Source: an uncultured Leptospiraceae bacterium
Lineage (GTDB): Bacteria; Spirochaetota; UBA4802; JAGODF01
Direction of reading: 5' to 3'
Length of the DNA: 64,000 nucleotides
Assembly: GCA_964627815.1 (NCBI GenBank)
Contig: CAZVKE010000009.1
Span: 128,503-192,502 of the forward strand
Under the pieces are notes generated by a model. It ran no database searches and was not told where the DNA came from. It saw only the letters and a program-made list of their open reading frames with translations. The translations under genes and the position numbers were made by a program. This document shows positions 47,041-57,235 of the stretch, piece by piece (positions within the stretch are counted from its first letter, which is position 1; each line of letters starts with the position of its first letter).

Positions 47041-50000
47041 TCAGCGCAATTCCCGCTTTTTCCAGAGGAGATAGATCGCCGGATAGACAAGCAGCTCCAT
47101 GATAAATGAAGTGAAAAGCCCCCCGACCATCGGGGCGGCGATGCGCTTCATCACGTCGGCGCCGGTCCCCATAGACCACATGATCGGCATGAGCCCCATC
47201 GCCGCCGCCATCACCGTCATGATCTTCGGCCGGATCCGCTTCACAGCGCCGTGGACGATCGCTTCCTTCAGGTCGGTCAGATTTCGAAGCATCCCTTTGC
47301 GCTTCGCCTCATCGTGAGAAAGATCGAGAAAGAGGAGCATGAACACACCGGTCTCGGCGTCAAGCCCCATGAGCGCGATCATCCCCACCCAGACGGCGAT
47401 CGACATGTGGTAGCCGAGAAGCCAGAGAAGCCACACCGCGCCGACCAGCGAAAACGGCACGGCAAGCATCACGAGCGAGGCCTTGAACGCCGATTTCGTG
47501 TTCATGTAGAGGAGAAGAAATATCAGGAGGATCGTGAGCGGGAGCACGATCTTCAGCCGCTCCTCAACGCGCTGCATGTTCTCGTACTGACCGCTCCAGT
47601 TCAGCGTGTAGCCGACGGGAAGCGCCACATGGCTTGCGACGATCCGCTTCGCCTCCTCGACGTAGGTGCCTACGTCCCTGTCCGAGATATCGACGTACAC
47701 ATATCCGGCGAGGCGGCCGTTCTCGTCACGGATCATCGAAGGGCCGTACGAGAGGGAGATATCCGCGAGCTCGCGGATTGGGATCTGCGCACCGCCTGCC
47801 GCGGTCACGAGCACCCGTTCAAGCTGGTCGACTTCGGCGCGAAGGTCGCGCGGGTAGCGCACGCTGATCGAGTACCGCTCGCGGCCCTCGATCGTGGTAG
47901 AGACCGTATCCCCCCCGATCGCGCTCATGATCACCATCTGAAGATCGTCGATCGTGAGTCCGTACCGGGCCAGCGCCCCGCGGCGCGGCGTGAAGTCGAC
48001 GTAGTACCCGCCGCCGACGCGCTCGGCGAAAACGCTGCGCGTGCCCCTGACTCCCTGCAAGGCCTTCTCGATTTCGCCGCCGATGCGCTGGATCTCCATC
48101 AGGTCGGAGCCGAAAATCTTGATGCCCACGGGAGTGCGCACGCCGGTGGTGAGCATGTCGATGCGCCCCTTGATCGGCATCGTCCACGCGTTGCTCACGC
48201 CGGGGATCTGCAGCGCCTGGTCCATGAGGCCGATGAGCTCCTCGTATGAGATGCGGTCAGGCCAGACGCGCCGGAGAATTGCTTTCAGGAAACCGGGCGC
48301 CCATGACGAGTACCAGCGGGGTTTCTCGCGCCACTGGGAAGGGGGTTTGAGCACAATCACCGTTTCCATCATCGAGAAGGGCGCCGGGTCGGTGGAGGTT
48401 TCGGCGCGCCCCGCCTTGCCGAACACCGAAAGCACTTCGGGAAACGCGCGAAGGAGCCTGTCCTGAAGGAGCAGGAGGTTGCGCGCCGCGGTGACCGATA
48501 TACCGGGCAGCGTGGTCGGCATGTAGAGCACCGTCTCTTCGTTGAGCGGCGGCATGAACTCCGAACCGAGCTTGAAATAGACCGGAACCGAGAGCAGCAT
48601 TACGACGACCGCGCCGGCGATTGTCCGCTTCGGGTGATCGAGCACCCACCGGCACGGCCTGTCATAGAGCGCGAAGAGGACGCGGCTCACCGGGTGTTTT
48701 TCTTCGGGGTAGTAGGTGCCGACGAAGAGCGTGTTCGCCGCCGTGTTGAGCCAGCGGGGCCTGACGCGGAACGGATCGAGGCGCGTGAAGAGCATCCGCA
48801 CCGCCGGATCGAGCGTGACGGCAAGAAGCGATGCGAGCGCGATGGCGAGCGTCTTGGTCCACGCAAGCGGCGTGAAGAGCCTGCCCTCCTGGTCGACGAG
48901 CGTGAAGACCGGGAGGAACGAAACGGCGATCACGAGAAGCGAAAAAAACACTGACGGGCCCACCTCCATGAGCGCCTCCAGGCGCACGGTGTGGAAATCC
49001 CCCTTTCGCCCTTCCTCTATCCATAGCTCGATCTTCTTGTAGGCGTTCTCGACCTCGACTATCGCCCCGTCGACGAGCACCCCGATCGAGATCGCGATCC
49101 CCGCGAGGCTCATGATGTTTGACGAGATTCCGAAGAAATACATAGGGATGAACGCGAGCAGCACCGAGACCGGGATCGTGATGATCGGCACGAGCGCCGA
49201 GGGAAAATGCCAGAGAAAGAAGAGGATCACGAAGCTTACCACGATCATTTCCATGATGAGCTCTTCTTTCAGGTTGTCGATAGAGCGCTCGATGAGCTCG
49301 GAGCGGTCGTAGACCGGCACGATCTCCACGCCGGGAGGAAGCGACGGGCGCAGCTCGGCGATCTTTGCCTTCACCCGATCAATGACGTTCAGCGCGTTCT
49401 CGCCGTGGCGCATGACCACGATCCCGCCCGTGACATCGCCCTTTCCGTCGAGCTCCGCGAGCCCGCGCCGTATCTGCGGCCCGAGCGTCACCGTGGCGAC
49501 GTTTTCGAGGAGCACCGGAGTTCCGCCGCTCGCCTTCACCACGGACTTTCGCAGGTCGTCGACCGACTTCACGTATCCCCCCGCCCTGACCATATACTCG
49601 CGTCCCGACCACTCGATGAGCCGCCCGCCTGAGGCGCTGTTGTTTTTCTTCACCGCCTCGATGACATCGTTGATCGAAATGCCGTACGACTGCAGCCGGT
49701 TCGGATCGACCGTGACCTGGTACTGCTTCTCAAAGCCGCCGACCGTCGCGACCTCGGCAACGCCCGGAACGCTCTGGAGCGCGTACTTCAGGTTCCAGTC
49801 CTGAAAGGAGCGGAGGCTCGCCAGATCGCGCGCGCCGGATTTGTCGACGATCGCGTACTGATACACCCACCCCACGCCGGTAGCGTCGGGACCGATCTCG
49901 GTTCGCACGCCCGCCGGGAGCGCTCCCTGGATTTTCGAGAGGTACTCGTTGACGCGGCTGCGCGCCCAGTAGATGTCGGTGCCGTCGCGGAAGATCACGT

Positions 50001-50277
50001 AGACATAGGAGAAGCCGAAGTCGCTGTAGCCGCGGATCGCCTTCACGTTCGGCGCGCCCAGGAGCGCGGTGATGATCGGATAGGTCACCTGGTCTTCGAT
50101 GAGGTCGGGGCTGCGGTCCCAGCGGCTGTAGACGATCACCTGCGTGTCGGAAAGATCGGGGATCGCGTCGAGCGGAATGTTTTTCAGGCAGTAGACCGCG
50201 TAACCGACGCAGGCCGCCACGAGCATGATGACGAGCATCCGGTTATGCGCCGAGAAGGATATTATTTTTTTTATCAT
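47041..50277 (-). CDS. cusA: CusA/CzcA-family heavy-metal efflux RND transporter
   Basis: It is 1078 aa with 12 TM helices and the HME-RND architecture. Confidence 0.9.
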   Translation of the reverse strand: MIKKIISFSAHNRMLVIMLVAACVGYAVYCLKNIPLDAIPDLSDTQVIVYSRWDRSPDLIEDQVTYPIITALLGAPNVKAIRGYSDFGFSYVYVIFRDGTDIYWARSRVNEYLSKIQGALPAGVRTEIGPDATGVGWVYQYAIVDKSGARDLASLRSFQDWNLKYALQSVPGVAEVATVGGFEKQYQVTVDPNRLQSYGISINDVIEAVKKNNSASGGRLIEWSGREYMVRAGGYVKSVDDLRKSVVKASGGTPVLLENVATVTLGPQIRRGLAELDGKGDVTGGIVVMRHGENALNVIDRVKAKIAELRPSLPPGVEIVPVYDRSELIERSIDNLKEELIMEMIVVSFVILFFLWHFPSALVPIITIPVSVLLAFIPMYFFGISSNIMSLAGIAISIGVLVDGAIVEVENAYKKIELWIEEGRKGDFHTVRLEALMEVGPSVFFSLLVIAVSFLPVFTLVDQEGRLFTPLAWTKTLAIALASLLAVTLDPAVRMLFTRLDPFRVRPRWLNTAANTLFVGTYYPEEKHPVSRVLFALYDRPCRWVLDHPKRTIAGAVVVMLLSVPVYFKLGSEFMPPLNEETVLYMPTTLPGISVTAARNLLLLQDRLLRAFPEVLSVFGKAGRAETSTDPAPFSMMETVIVLKPPSQWREKPRWYSSWAPGFLKAILRRVWPDRISYEELIGLMDQALQIPGVSNAWTMPIKGRIDMLTTGVRTPVGIKIFGSDLMEIQRIGGEIEKALQGVRGTRSVFAERVGGGYYVDFTPRRGALARYGLTIDDLQMVIMSAIGGDTVSTTIEGRERYSISVRYPRDLRAEVDQLERVLVTAAGGAQIPIRELADISLSYGPSMIRDENGRLAGYVYVDISDRDVGTYVEEAKRIVASHVALPVGYTLNWSGQYENMQRVEERLKIVLPLTILLIFLLLYMNTKSAFKASLVMLAVPFSLVGAVWLLWLLGYHMSIAVWVGMIALMGLDAETGVFMLLFLDLSHDEAKRKGMLRNLTDLKEAIVHGAVKRIRPKIMTVMAAAMGLMPIMWSMGTGADVMKRIAAPMVGGLFTSFIMELLVYPAIYLLWKKRELR

Positions 50278-50284
50278 GGCAGGC

Positions 50285-51661
50285 TCAGTGCTTGTGCCCG
50301 CCGGCTGCCGCCTCGAAGGCGGCCTTGAGCGAGGATTCGGAATCGACGAGGAAATTTGCCGACTTCACCACGCGCTCTCCGGCCGAAAGCCCCGAGGCGA
50401 TCTCGTAGTAGCCGTCACCGCTTCGAAGCCCGACCTTCACCTCGCGCGGGACGATCGCTTCCTCCTTTCCTTCGACGAACACGTAGTCGCGCACGCCGCT
50501 TCGCATCACGGCGCTTTCCGGTACGGCGATACGCGTGCCGATCGAATAGGAAAGCCGCGCGTCGCCGAACATCTGGGGCTTCAGGATGAGGTCAGGATTG
50601 GGGATCTCGATGCGCGCCTTCAGGGTGCGCGTTTCGGCGCTCAGGAACGGGTTCAGGAAGGTGATCCGGCCCCTGAAAAGTTTTCCCGGCCAGTACGACA
50701 GCGTCACTTCGACCGGCATTCCCGCGCGCACGTACGGAAGATCTGATTCGTAGATATCGGCCTCGCCCCAGACGCGCGAAAGGTCGACGATCACCATGAG
50801 CGCGTCGTTGGCCATGATCCTCTGTCCGGCAAGCGCGGTCTTCTCGGTCACGTAGCCGGTCGCAGGCGAGTAGAGGGTGACGGCGCGCTCCGGCTTGCCG
50901 GAAGTTTTTATCCGCTCGATCTGGCCTTCAGTGAGATCGTAGAGAAGCAACCGCTCCTTCGCGGCGCGCTCGAACTCGGCGAGGCTCTCGGTGATCCCCG
51001 AATCCGACGTACCGGCGATCTTCGCGCGCGCCTTCACGGCGGAGAGATATTCCTGTTCGGCGGATACAAGCTCGGGGCTGTAGATCGAAAGGAGGGGATT
51101 GCCTTTCCGGACAAACTGCCCGGTCTGATTGACGAAGAGTTTCTCTATCCACCCCCCCACCTTGGTCGTCACTTTAAAAAGCCGCGTCTCGTCGGGCACA
51201 ATGCGCGCCGTGGTCCGTATCTCGCGCGAGAGGCTGCGCTTCGCTACTGTTTCGAACGATATCCCGAGCATCTCGCGCTTTTCGCGCGACACGGTGACGG
51301 GAGAAAGTCCCTGCGGCGTCTGTGCGCTCTTTTCATCACTCATCTCAAAGGGGACCATCTCCATCCCCATTGAGTCCTTGCCCGGATGATCGCTCACCTC
51401 GTTCGGGTTCATCGTCGAGCGGTACATCGTTCGCGTGGCTTTTTTTTCGGGCGCTTTCTCCTCCTTCTTCATCGGGACAAGGCGCATGCCGCAGATCGGG
51501 CAGTCGCCGGGGCGGTCCTGGACGATCTGGGGATGCATCGGGCAGGTGTAAAGCACTGGACCTTCGGGATGGTCGTGCCCGCGATGCATGAACGCGTAGA
51601 CGCCGGCCACCGCGATCGCGGCGACGAGCAGCCAGACGATGATTCGATTCCTCCGTTTCAC
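50285..51661 (-). CDS. cusB: efflux RND periplasmic adaptor (CusB-like) with N-terminal CxxC heavy-metal-binding domain
   Basis: It has YTCPMHPQIVQDRPGDCPICGMRL, then an MFP barrel-sandwich. Confidence 0.85.
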   Translation of the reverse strand: MKRRNRIIVWLLVAAIAVAGVYAFMHRGHDHPEGPVLYTCPMHPQIVQDRPGDCPICGMRLVPMKKEEKAPEKKATRTMYRSTMNPNEVSDHPGKDSMGMEMVPFEMSDEKSAQTPQGLSPVTVSREKREMLGISFETVAKRSLSREIRTTARIVPDETRLFKVTTKVGGWIEKLFVNQTGQFVRKGNPLLSIYSPELVSAEQEYLSAVKARAKIAGTSDSGITESLAEFERAAKERLLLYDLTEGQIERIKTSGKPERAVTLYSPATGYVTEKTALAGQRIMANDALMVIVDLSRVWGEADIYESDLPYVRAGMPVEVTLSYWPGKLFRGRITFLNPFLSAETRTLKARIEIPNPDLILKPQMFGDARLSYSIGTRIAVPESAVMRSGVRDYVFVEGKEEAIVPREVKVGLRSGDGYYEIASGLSAGERVVKSANFLVDSESSLKAAFEAAAGGHKH

Positions 51662-52923
51662 GGCACCACCTCCCGTCCCATCAGGGCATTGAGTTCCGAC
51701 ACCGCGCCCGCGTATTCCTTTTTTGCCATCGCGAGTTCCTTTCTGTAGCGCAGGAGCATACGCACCGTATCGATCACCGACATGAAGTTCACCGTGCCGG
51801 TCCGGTAGCGCGCGAGGTCGGTCTCAAGGGCGAGCTCCGTCTGGGGGATAAGCCTGTCACGATAGAGCGCGTGAAGGTCGCGCCATTTATTCATCTGCGC
51901 GACAAGCATCCCCGCGCGCGCGTCGAGCCCGTTCCCGGTGTCCTTGACGAGATACTCCGCCGAGGAGCCCTTCTTTTCCATCTCCTCGACCATCGGCATG
52001 TTGCGTTTCCAGAACCAGGCGGGAACATTGAAGGTCACCATGCCCGTCACCATATCGGAGCGCGAGCCCATCGGCCCGGCGTCGCGCTGCATGTAGGATA
52101 CGCCGAGCTCCACGTCAGGAACATACTCTCTCTTTTTCAGGGAGAGCTCCTCGCGCGCGATCTCCTTCTCGATAAGCCTGATCCTCAGGTCGGGATTGGC
52201 GGCGGCGATGGTTTTTCGCGCTTCCTCGACGCTCATCGTCGAAAATTCGACGCTCGAGGACTGTATCTCGTCGGGATCAATCGCGCCGCCCGCGAGATAG
52301 TTGATCTTCTGCGAAGCGTCCTGCGCCTGCTGGCGAAGCGAGATCAGCTCTTCGTCGATCATCGTGTATTCGATATTGATCTTGATCACGCCGGAAAGGC
52401 TGCCGGTGCCGGTCTTGCTCGCCGCGATCTCGCTTTCAATGAGGAGCTTGAGCTGCTTTTTGATATCGCCGAGTATCCTCTCGGACGAGCGGACGTATTC
52501 GATCTCGTAGGCGCTCATGCGCAGCATATGAAGGAGCTCTATCCGCTCTTTGCGCAGTCGTTCGCGGCTGCGCTCGTACTCGCGAACGGCAATGCGTTCT
52601 TTCGATCCCAGCTTTCCGCCGAGCGGGATCATCTGCGAAAGGCCGATCTCTTTTGAGGTCATATCCTCGCGCGTGAGCGAAAAGCTGTCGGTCGGCACGT
52701 TGTTCAGGGCGAGCTTTACTTTCGGATCGTCGAGCGAGGCGCTCGGGGGAACGCGCCGCTTCATCATTTCAGCCTCATCGCTCATCGCTTTGAGCCGCGG
52801 ATTTTCAGCAAGCGCCCGTTTCTGCAGATCGGCAAGAGAAACCGGTCCGGCAAAAAGATAGCAGGAAAAGCCTGAAAGAATAACTGAAAGCAGCAACAAT
52901 GTTGTAAACAGGGCCTTGCTCAT
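51658..52923 (-). CDS. TolC-family outer-membrane efflux protein (CusC/CzcC-like)
   Basis: It has a signal peptide and two OEP repeats. It overlaps the adaptor gene by 4 nt. Confidence 0.8.
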   Translation of the reverse strand: MSKALFTTLLLLSVILSGFSCYLFAGPVSLADLQKRALAENPRLKAMSDEAEMMKRRVPPSASLDDPKVKLALNNVPTDSFSLTREDMTSKEIGLSQMIPLGGKLGSKERIAVREYERSRERLRKERIELLHMLRMSAYEIEYVRSSERILGDIKKQLKLLIESEIAASKTGTGSLSGVIKINIEYTMIDEELISLRQQAQDASQKINYLAGGAIDPDEIQSSSVEFSTMSVEEARKTIAAANPDLRIRLIEKEIAREELSLKKREYVPDVELGVSYMQRDAGPMGSRSDMVTGMVTFNVPAWFWKRNMPMVEEMEKKGSSAEYLVKDTGNGLDARAGMLVAQMNKWRDLHALYRDRLIPQTELALETDLARYRTGTVNFMSVIDTVRMLLRYRKELAMAKKEYAGAVSELNALMGREVVP

Positions 52924-53179
52924 GTTTCAAAGATATTCCTTTATCTCAGCGCCTTTTATCCGCGAAACACATCGTGCGAGTACCGTAAATGCCGATAGTC
53001 CATTGCACACTACCCGCCTCGTCGCGGCAAAACTACGATTAAAATGCATAAAAAAAAACCATTTATCAAGTATAAATGGAACCGGGTTTGAAATTTTCGA
53101 TCATGGCCATATGGCATTTACACAATCGATGATGATTTCCCTGCCGGAAAAGCGCAGTATAAAAATAAATGAAAATCGT

Positions 53180-53211
53180 ATAAAATGTTTATTATTTAAT
53201 AAACATTTTAT
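53180..53211. promoter_or_regulatory. perfect 14-bp inverted repeat (ATAAAATGTTTATT-ATTT-AATAAACATTTTAT) in the divergent tolC/MBL promoter region; candidate operator
   Basis: The palindrome is read directly from the sequence. Confidence 0.5.
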
Positions 53212-53278
53212 ACACTCGTTCACCTTTCTTCGGACAAAAAAACGGTCAAACTTTACCGGAATACCGAATTATCTGTTG

Positions 53279-53295
53279 ACATAACAATGTTATGT
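53279..53295. promoter_or_regulatory. 8-1-8 palindrome ACATAACA-A-TGTTATGT overlapping a TTGACA -35 box, 22 nt upstream of the MBL hydrolase start
   Basis: The palindrome is read directly from the sequence. Confidence 0.45.
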
Positions 53296-53316
53296 GAATA
53301 GCATTTCCACCATCGA

Positions 53317-54165
53317 ATGACATTCGGGAACAGCTCTTTCTGGACGGATAACGGCGTGAAGAAGAAAACGTTCACATTGCACAGGATAGACGGATACATC
53401 TGCAATCTGTATCTCGCCGAATATAAAGACGGCCTCCTGCTTCTCGACAGCGGCGCGGCAAGCGACATTGAAAGGATAGAAAAACTCGTAACCGGAAAGC
53501 TCGGACGAACGATGTCGGATATCAAACTGGTCGTGGTGTCGCACATGCACCCCGATCACGGTGGCGGCGCGTACCTGATGCGCGAGCGATACGGCATTCC
53601 GGTCGCCGCCCATGGGGACATAGACCAGTGGTATCGCGGGCTCACCGGCATCATCCAGCACCGGATCGACTGCTATATGGCGCAGATGGTCGCGAAGCAG
53701 AGAAAAGAGCCGAAACAGAACATCATCTACCGCCGGAAACTGCGCCCCGACTACAGGCTCACCGACGGTCAGGCGCTCCCCTTTTTTGAGGACTGGAAAG
53801 CGTTGCACGTCCCCGGCCACACGCTCCACGACATCGTGCTGTATCATCAGAAGACCAGGACGCTTTACGCCGCCGACTGCATACTCAACGTGGGAGGAAA
53901 GTTCAACCTCCCGATACCGGTATTCTTCAACGGCAGGATGCGGCAGTCCCTCACGCGGCTCAAGGAGCTCGATATCGCCACGATCCTTCTCGCTCACGGG
54001 GACATGCTGAAACCCGACAACACGGCCGAAATATTCGACACGATGATATCGCTGCTTGACAGGCCTAAAAACGACATCCAGAAGTTTTACTACAATGTAT
54101 CGTTCTTCACGCCCGAATTCTGGAGGGCATATCTTCGCAAGAGGATTCGCACAAAAAAAGGATAA
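53317..54165 (+). CDS. MBL-fold metallo-hydrolase
   Basis: It has VVSHMHPDHGGGA. Confidence 0.75.
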   Translation: MTFGNSSFWTDNGVKKKTFTLHRIDGYICNLYLAEYKDGLLLLDSGAASDIERIEKLVTGKLGRTMSDIKLVVVSHMHPDHGGGAYLMRERYGIPVAAHGDIDQWYRGLTGIIQHRIDCYMAQMVAKQRKEPKQNIIYRRKLRPDYRLTDGQALPFFEDWKALHVPGHTLHDIVLYHQKTRTLYAADCILNVGGKFNLPIPVFFNGRMRQSLTRLKELDIATILLAHGDMLKPDNTAEIFDTMISLLDRPKNDIQKFYYNVSFFTPEFWRAYLRKRIRTKKG

Positions 54166-54183
54166 TGCGTGTGCCTTTAATTC

Positions 54184-54558
54184 TCAGGCCTTCTGGCAGG
54201 ACAGGGACGCTTCGAGGATTTCAGCGGCAGCCTCGACGCATTGACGGCAGGAGAGTCGTTTGAGCTTTCTGATAGTGCGGCAATCCGCGGCGCCTGCCCT
54301 TTCGACGAAACGCTCCTCAACGATGCGGGAAAGCCCATCCCCGCCGGCAAGGAGTTTCACCGCGTAGAGCGCCCCGCAGAGACCTCCCGGCGCGCGCCCC
54401 GACCCGAGACTGGAGCCTGCCGCGATCGCGTCCTCGGAAACGCCGAAACGCGGCTGAAACGCCTTCATGATCGCCTGTACGCAATTGTACTTCTCTTTTC
54501 CGTGAAACAGTTCAGCTGCCTCGCGCGCCGTCACCGGATTCCTCCTCATGTCTGACAT
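54184..54558 (-). CDS. C_GCAxxG_C_C-family putative redox protein
   Basis: It has NCVQAI...GLCGALYA...CRQC. Confidence 0.55.
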   Translation of the reverse strand: MSDMRRNPVTAREAAELFHGKEKYNCVQAIMKAFQPRFGVSEDAIAAGSSLGSGRAPGGLCGALYAVKLLAGGDGLSRIVEERFVERAGAADCRTIRKLKRLSCRQCVEAAAEILEASLSCQKA

Positions 54559-54622
54559 CGAAATCCAATGATACCACGGGCGCCGGAATGATCAACTTTT
54601 TAATACGATGCGCAGGCGCCTT

Positions 54623-55369
54623 TCAGAGCGATTTACCGCGAAGCGTTTCCCTGTCATATCCCCACCCCTTGCAGGAGGGGACATCGATCAGTATAAGGTT
54701 TGTATCCACACACGCGTCAAAACGGATGACCGCTTCCTCATCGATGCGCGCCTGGTCGTTTTTATGCAGCCGGACGCTGTTTATCTCGAGCGATCCGTCG
54801 CTGACGTAGACGAAGACGCGACGGTCCTCCTCGGTCCGGTAGTCGATCACCTTTCCGTCGTCGATTTCCGCGCGGTAGATCGTAGCGTCGGTGTGAAAGG
54901 CGACCGCGCCTTCCCTGCCCTGGCCCGATGCCACCGGACAGAACCTGTTTTTGTAGTCATCCGGCAGAAACCGTTTCTGCCCATACGACGGCTTCATCCC
55001 TTTGAAGTCGGGATATATCCATATCTGGTAGAAATGCACCGGCTCCCGCGCGAGGTTGAATTCCGAGTGGGTGATCCCTGTGCCCGCCGACATCCGCTGC
55101 ACCTCGCCCGCGTGGATGACCGTGCGGTTCCCCATGCTGTCCTCGTGCGTGATCTCGCCGTCGAGCACGATGGTCACGATCTCCATCTCGCTGTGCGGGT
55201 GCGTCGGGAACCCGGTGCGCGGCTCGACAATATCGTCGTTGAATACGCGCAGCGCCCCGAACTGGATATTGTGCGGGTCGAAATAATCAGCGAACGAGAA
55301 AAGCCAGTGGGTCTTGAGCCAGCCGAAGTTCGAAAAATGGCGCTCCTGCGCTTTTACCACATCAATCAT
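54623..55369 (-). CDS. pirin-family protein
   Basis: It has a cupin metal-binding motif HPHSEMEIVT. Confidence 0.85.
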   Translation of the reverse strand: MIDVVKAQERHFSNFGWLKTHWLFSFADYFDPHNIQFGALRVFNDDIVEPRTGFPTHPHSEMEIVTIVLDGEITHEDSMGNRTVIHAGEVQRMSAGTGITHSEFNLAREPVHFYQIWIYPDFKGMKPSYGQKRFLPDDYKNRFCPVASGQGREGAVAFHTDATIYRAEIDDGKVIDYRTEEDRRVFVYVSDGSLEINSVRLHKNDQARIDEEAVIRFDACVDTNLILIDVPSCKGWGYDRETLRGKSL

Positions 55370-55525
55370 ATCTCCACTCCTGTACGTACTTTTACAAGAT
55401 ACAGAGCCTTATGACCCGAATCAAGCGGCGTGAAATCAAAACGCGGAAGAAAACGTTGACATTGCGGCAGGCTTACATCAATCTTCCCAGTTGACGGCAC
55501 ATTGATACGCGGTGAGGATGATGAC

Positions 55526-56263
55526 ATGAGCATGGCGGATATACGGCGCGCGCTTCGCTCCAGGGCCGACCCGGAACAGGCGAAGGTTCTCTCGAAATTT
55601 TTCAAGACAGGAAAGGGCCAGTACGGCGAGGGAGACGTGTTCCTCGGCATCAAGGTCCCGGTACAGCGTGAAGTAGCGAAAGCGCACTGCGGCTGTCCGC
55701 TCTCCGATATCTCCAAACTCCTCGATTCGAAGATACACGAGGAGCGGCTCACCGCGCTTCTCGTGCTCACGATGCGGTACAAAAAAGCGGACGCCGCGGA
55801 GAAACAGGAAATCTACGATCTCTACATCGCGTCGGCGGCACGGATCAACAACTGGGACCTGGTCGACCTGAGCGCACCGCTGATCGCCGGCGCCCACCTG
55901 ATGGAGAGAGACCGGCGCGTTCTAAAAAAGCTCGCCGCGTCGGAAAACATCTGGGAGCGGCGCATCGCGATCATCTCGACGTTTCATTTCATCAAAAACA
56001 ACGACTTCACCACCACTCTTGAGATCGCTGAAAAGCTTGTCAGCGATTCCCACGACCTCATTCAGAAGGCCGTGGGATGGATGCTACGTGAGGTGGGGAA
56101 GCGCGATCTCGCAACGGAGCGCGCCTTCCTCGACCGCCACTGCCGGACGATGCCGCGCACGATGCTTCGCTACGCGATCGAGAAATTCCCCGAGCAGCTG
56201 CGCCGGTCCTATTTAAGGGGGGAGATACCCCCGGCGGGGGACATGTCTCCTTCAGCCAACTGA
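55526..56263 (+). CDS. DNA alkylation repair protein (AlkD-like HEAT-repeat)
   Basis: It has MADIRRALRSRADPEQAKVLSKFFKTGKGQYGEGDVFLGIKVP. Confidence 0.7.
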   Translation: MSMADIRRALRSRADPEQAKVLSKFFKTGKGQYGEGDVFLGIKVPVQREVAKAHCGCPLSDISKLLDSKIHEERLTALLVLTMRYKKADAAEKQEIYDLYIASAARINNWDLVDLSAPLIAGAHLMERDRRVLKKLAASENIWERRIAIISTFHFIKNNDFTTTLEIAEKLVSDSHDLIQKAVGWMLREVGKRDLATERAFLDRHCRTMPRTMLRYAIEKFPEQLRRSYLRGEIPPAGDMSPSAN

Positions 56264-57117
56264 TCCCCGTCAGGGCCGCCCGCCTTCAGGCGCAGCGCGC
56301 GCCGGCGGGCAATAAAGTACAGCACCCCTCCGGCAGCGATCATAGCCGCGCACAGCACCTGTCCCATGGTGAAAGGCCCCGCGACGAACCCGACCTGCGC
56401 GTCAGGCTCGCGTACGAACTCGATACAGAAACGGGCGAAACCGTATCCGGCAAGATAGACAGCCGTCAGGACGCCGCCGGCGTATCCGCGCCCGCGCGCA
56501 CGCCAGAGCACGATGAAAAGCAGAAGCCCTTCGAAGAATGCCTCGTACAGCTGTGAAGGATGGCGCAGCGCTCCCGAAGGATCGGCAGAGAAATACATCC
56601 CCCAGGGAAGCGCCGTTATCCTGCCATAGAGCTCGCCGTTGATAAAGTTGCCGATACGGCCGAAGGTGTAGCCGAGCGGCACGACGGGAACGATGAGGTC
56701 TGAAAAGTTCAGGAATGAAATACGCGCGAGCCGGCAGAAAATGATGAAGGCCGCCAGAAGCAGGAGAAGCCCGCCGTGATACGACATCCCCGAGATGCCC
56801 GCGAACCTTCCCGAACCATCGAACGACCCGAATATGCTCGCAGGCCGCGCCAGGAACGTATCGAGGTCATAGAAGACCATGTACCCCAGGCGCGCGCCGA
56901 CAAGCACCGCGATCACGGCCGCCATGAAGAAGTTCTGGACCGTTTCCTTTGAATAGGGATAGCGCTCGCGCCTGAGGCGATACATCACCAATAGATAGGA
57001 TACAACGAACGCGATGACATACATGAGCCCGTACCAGCGCAGCTCGACCGGGCCGATTGAAAACGAGGAGGGGATGTGATACGGCATGTGCTGCCACCGG
57101 AAAAGCAATGACTCCAT
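56209..57117 (-). CDS. lgt: prolipoprotein diacylglyceryl transferase
   Basis: It has the Lgt signature GRIGNFINGELYG. Confidence 0.85.
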   Translation of the reverse strand: MESLLFRWQHMPYHIPSSFSIGPVELRWYGLMYVIAFVVSYLLVMYRLRRERYPYSKETVQNFFMAAVIAVLVGARLGYMVFYDLDTFLARPASIFGSFDGSGRFAGISGMSYHGGLLLLLAAFIIFCRLARISFLNFSDLIVPVVPLGYTFGRIGNFINGELYGRITALPWGMYFSADPSGALRHPSQLYEAFFEGLLLFIVLWRARGRGYAGGVLTAVYLAGYGFARFCIEFVREPDAQVGFVAGPFTMGQVLCAAMIAAGGVLYFIARRRALRLKAGGPDGDQLAEGDMSPAGGISPLK

Positions 57118-57235
57118 GTAGTGTGCCTCTGTTGCCTGTGATTGTTTCAGGATCCGCCGTTAGGTCCCGGTTTTCCGCTTGCCTTTCCGTCAGGCGGTGG
57201 TACGATCGATCGACATCACCGCGGAGGAGGGCATT

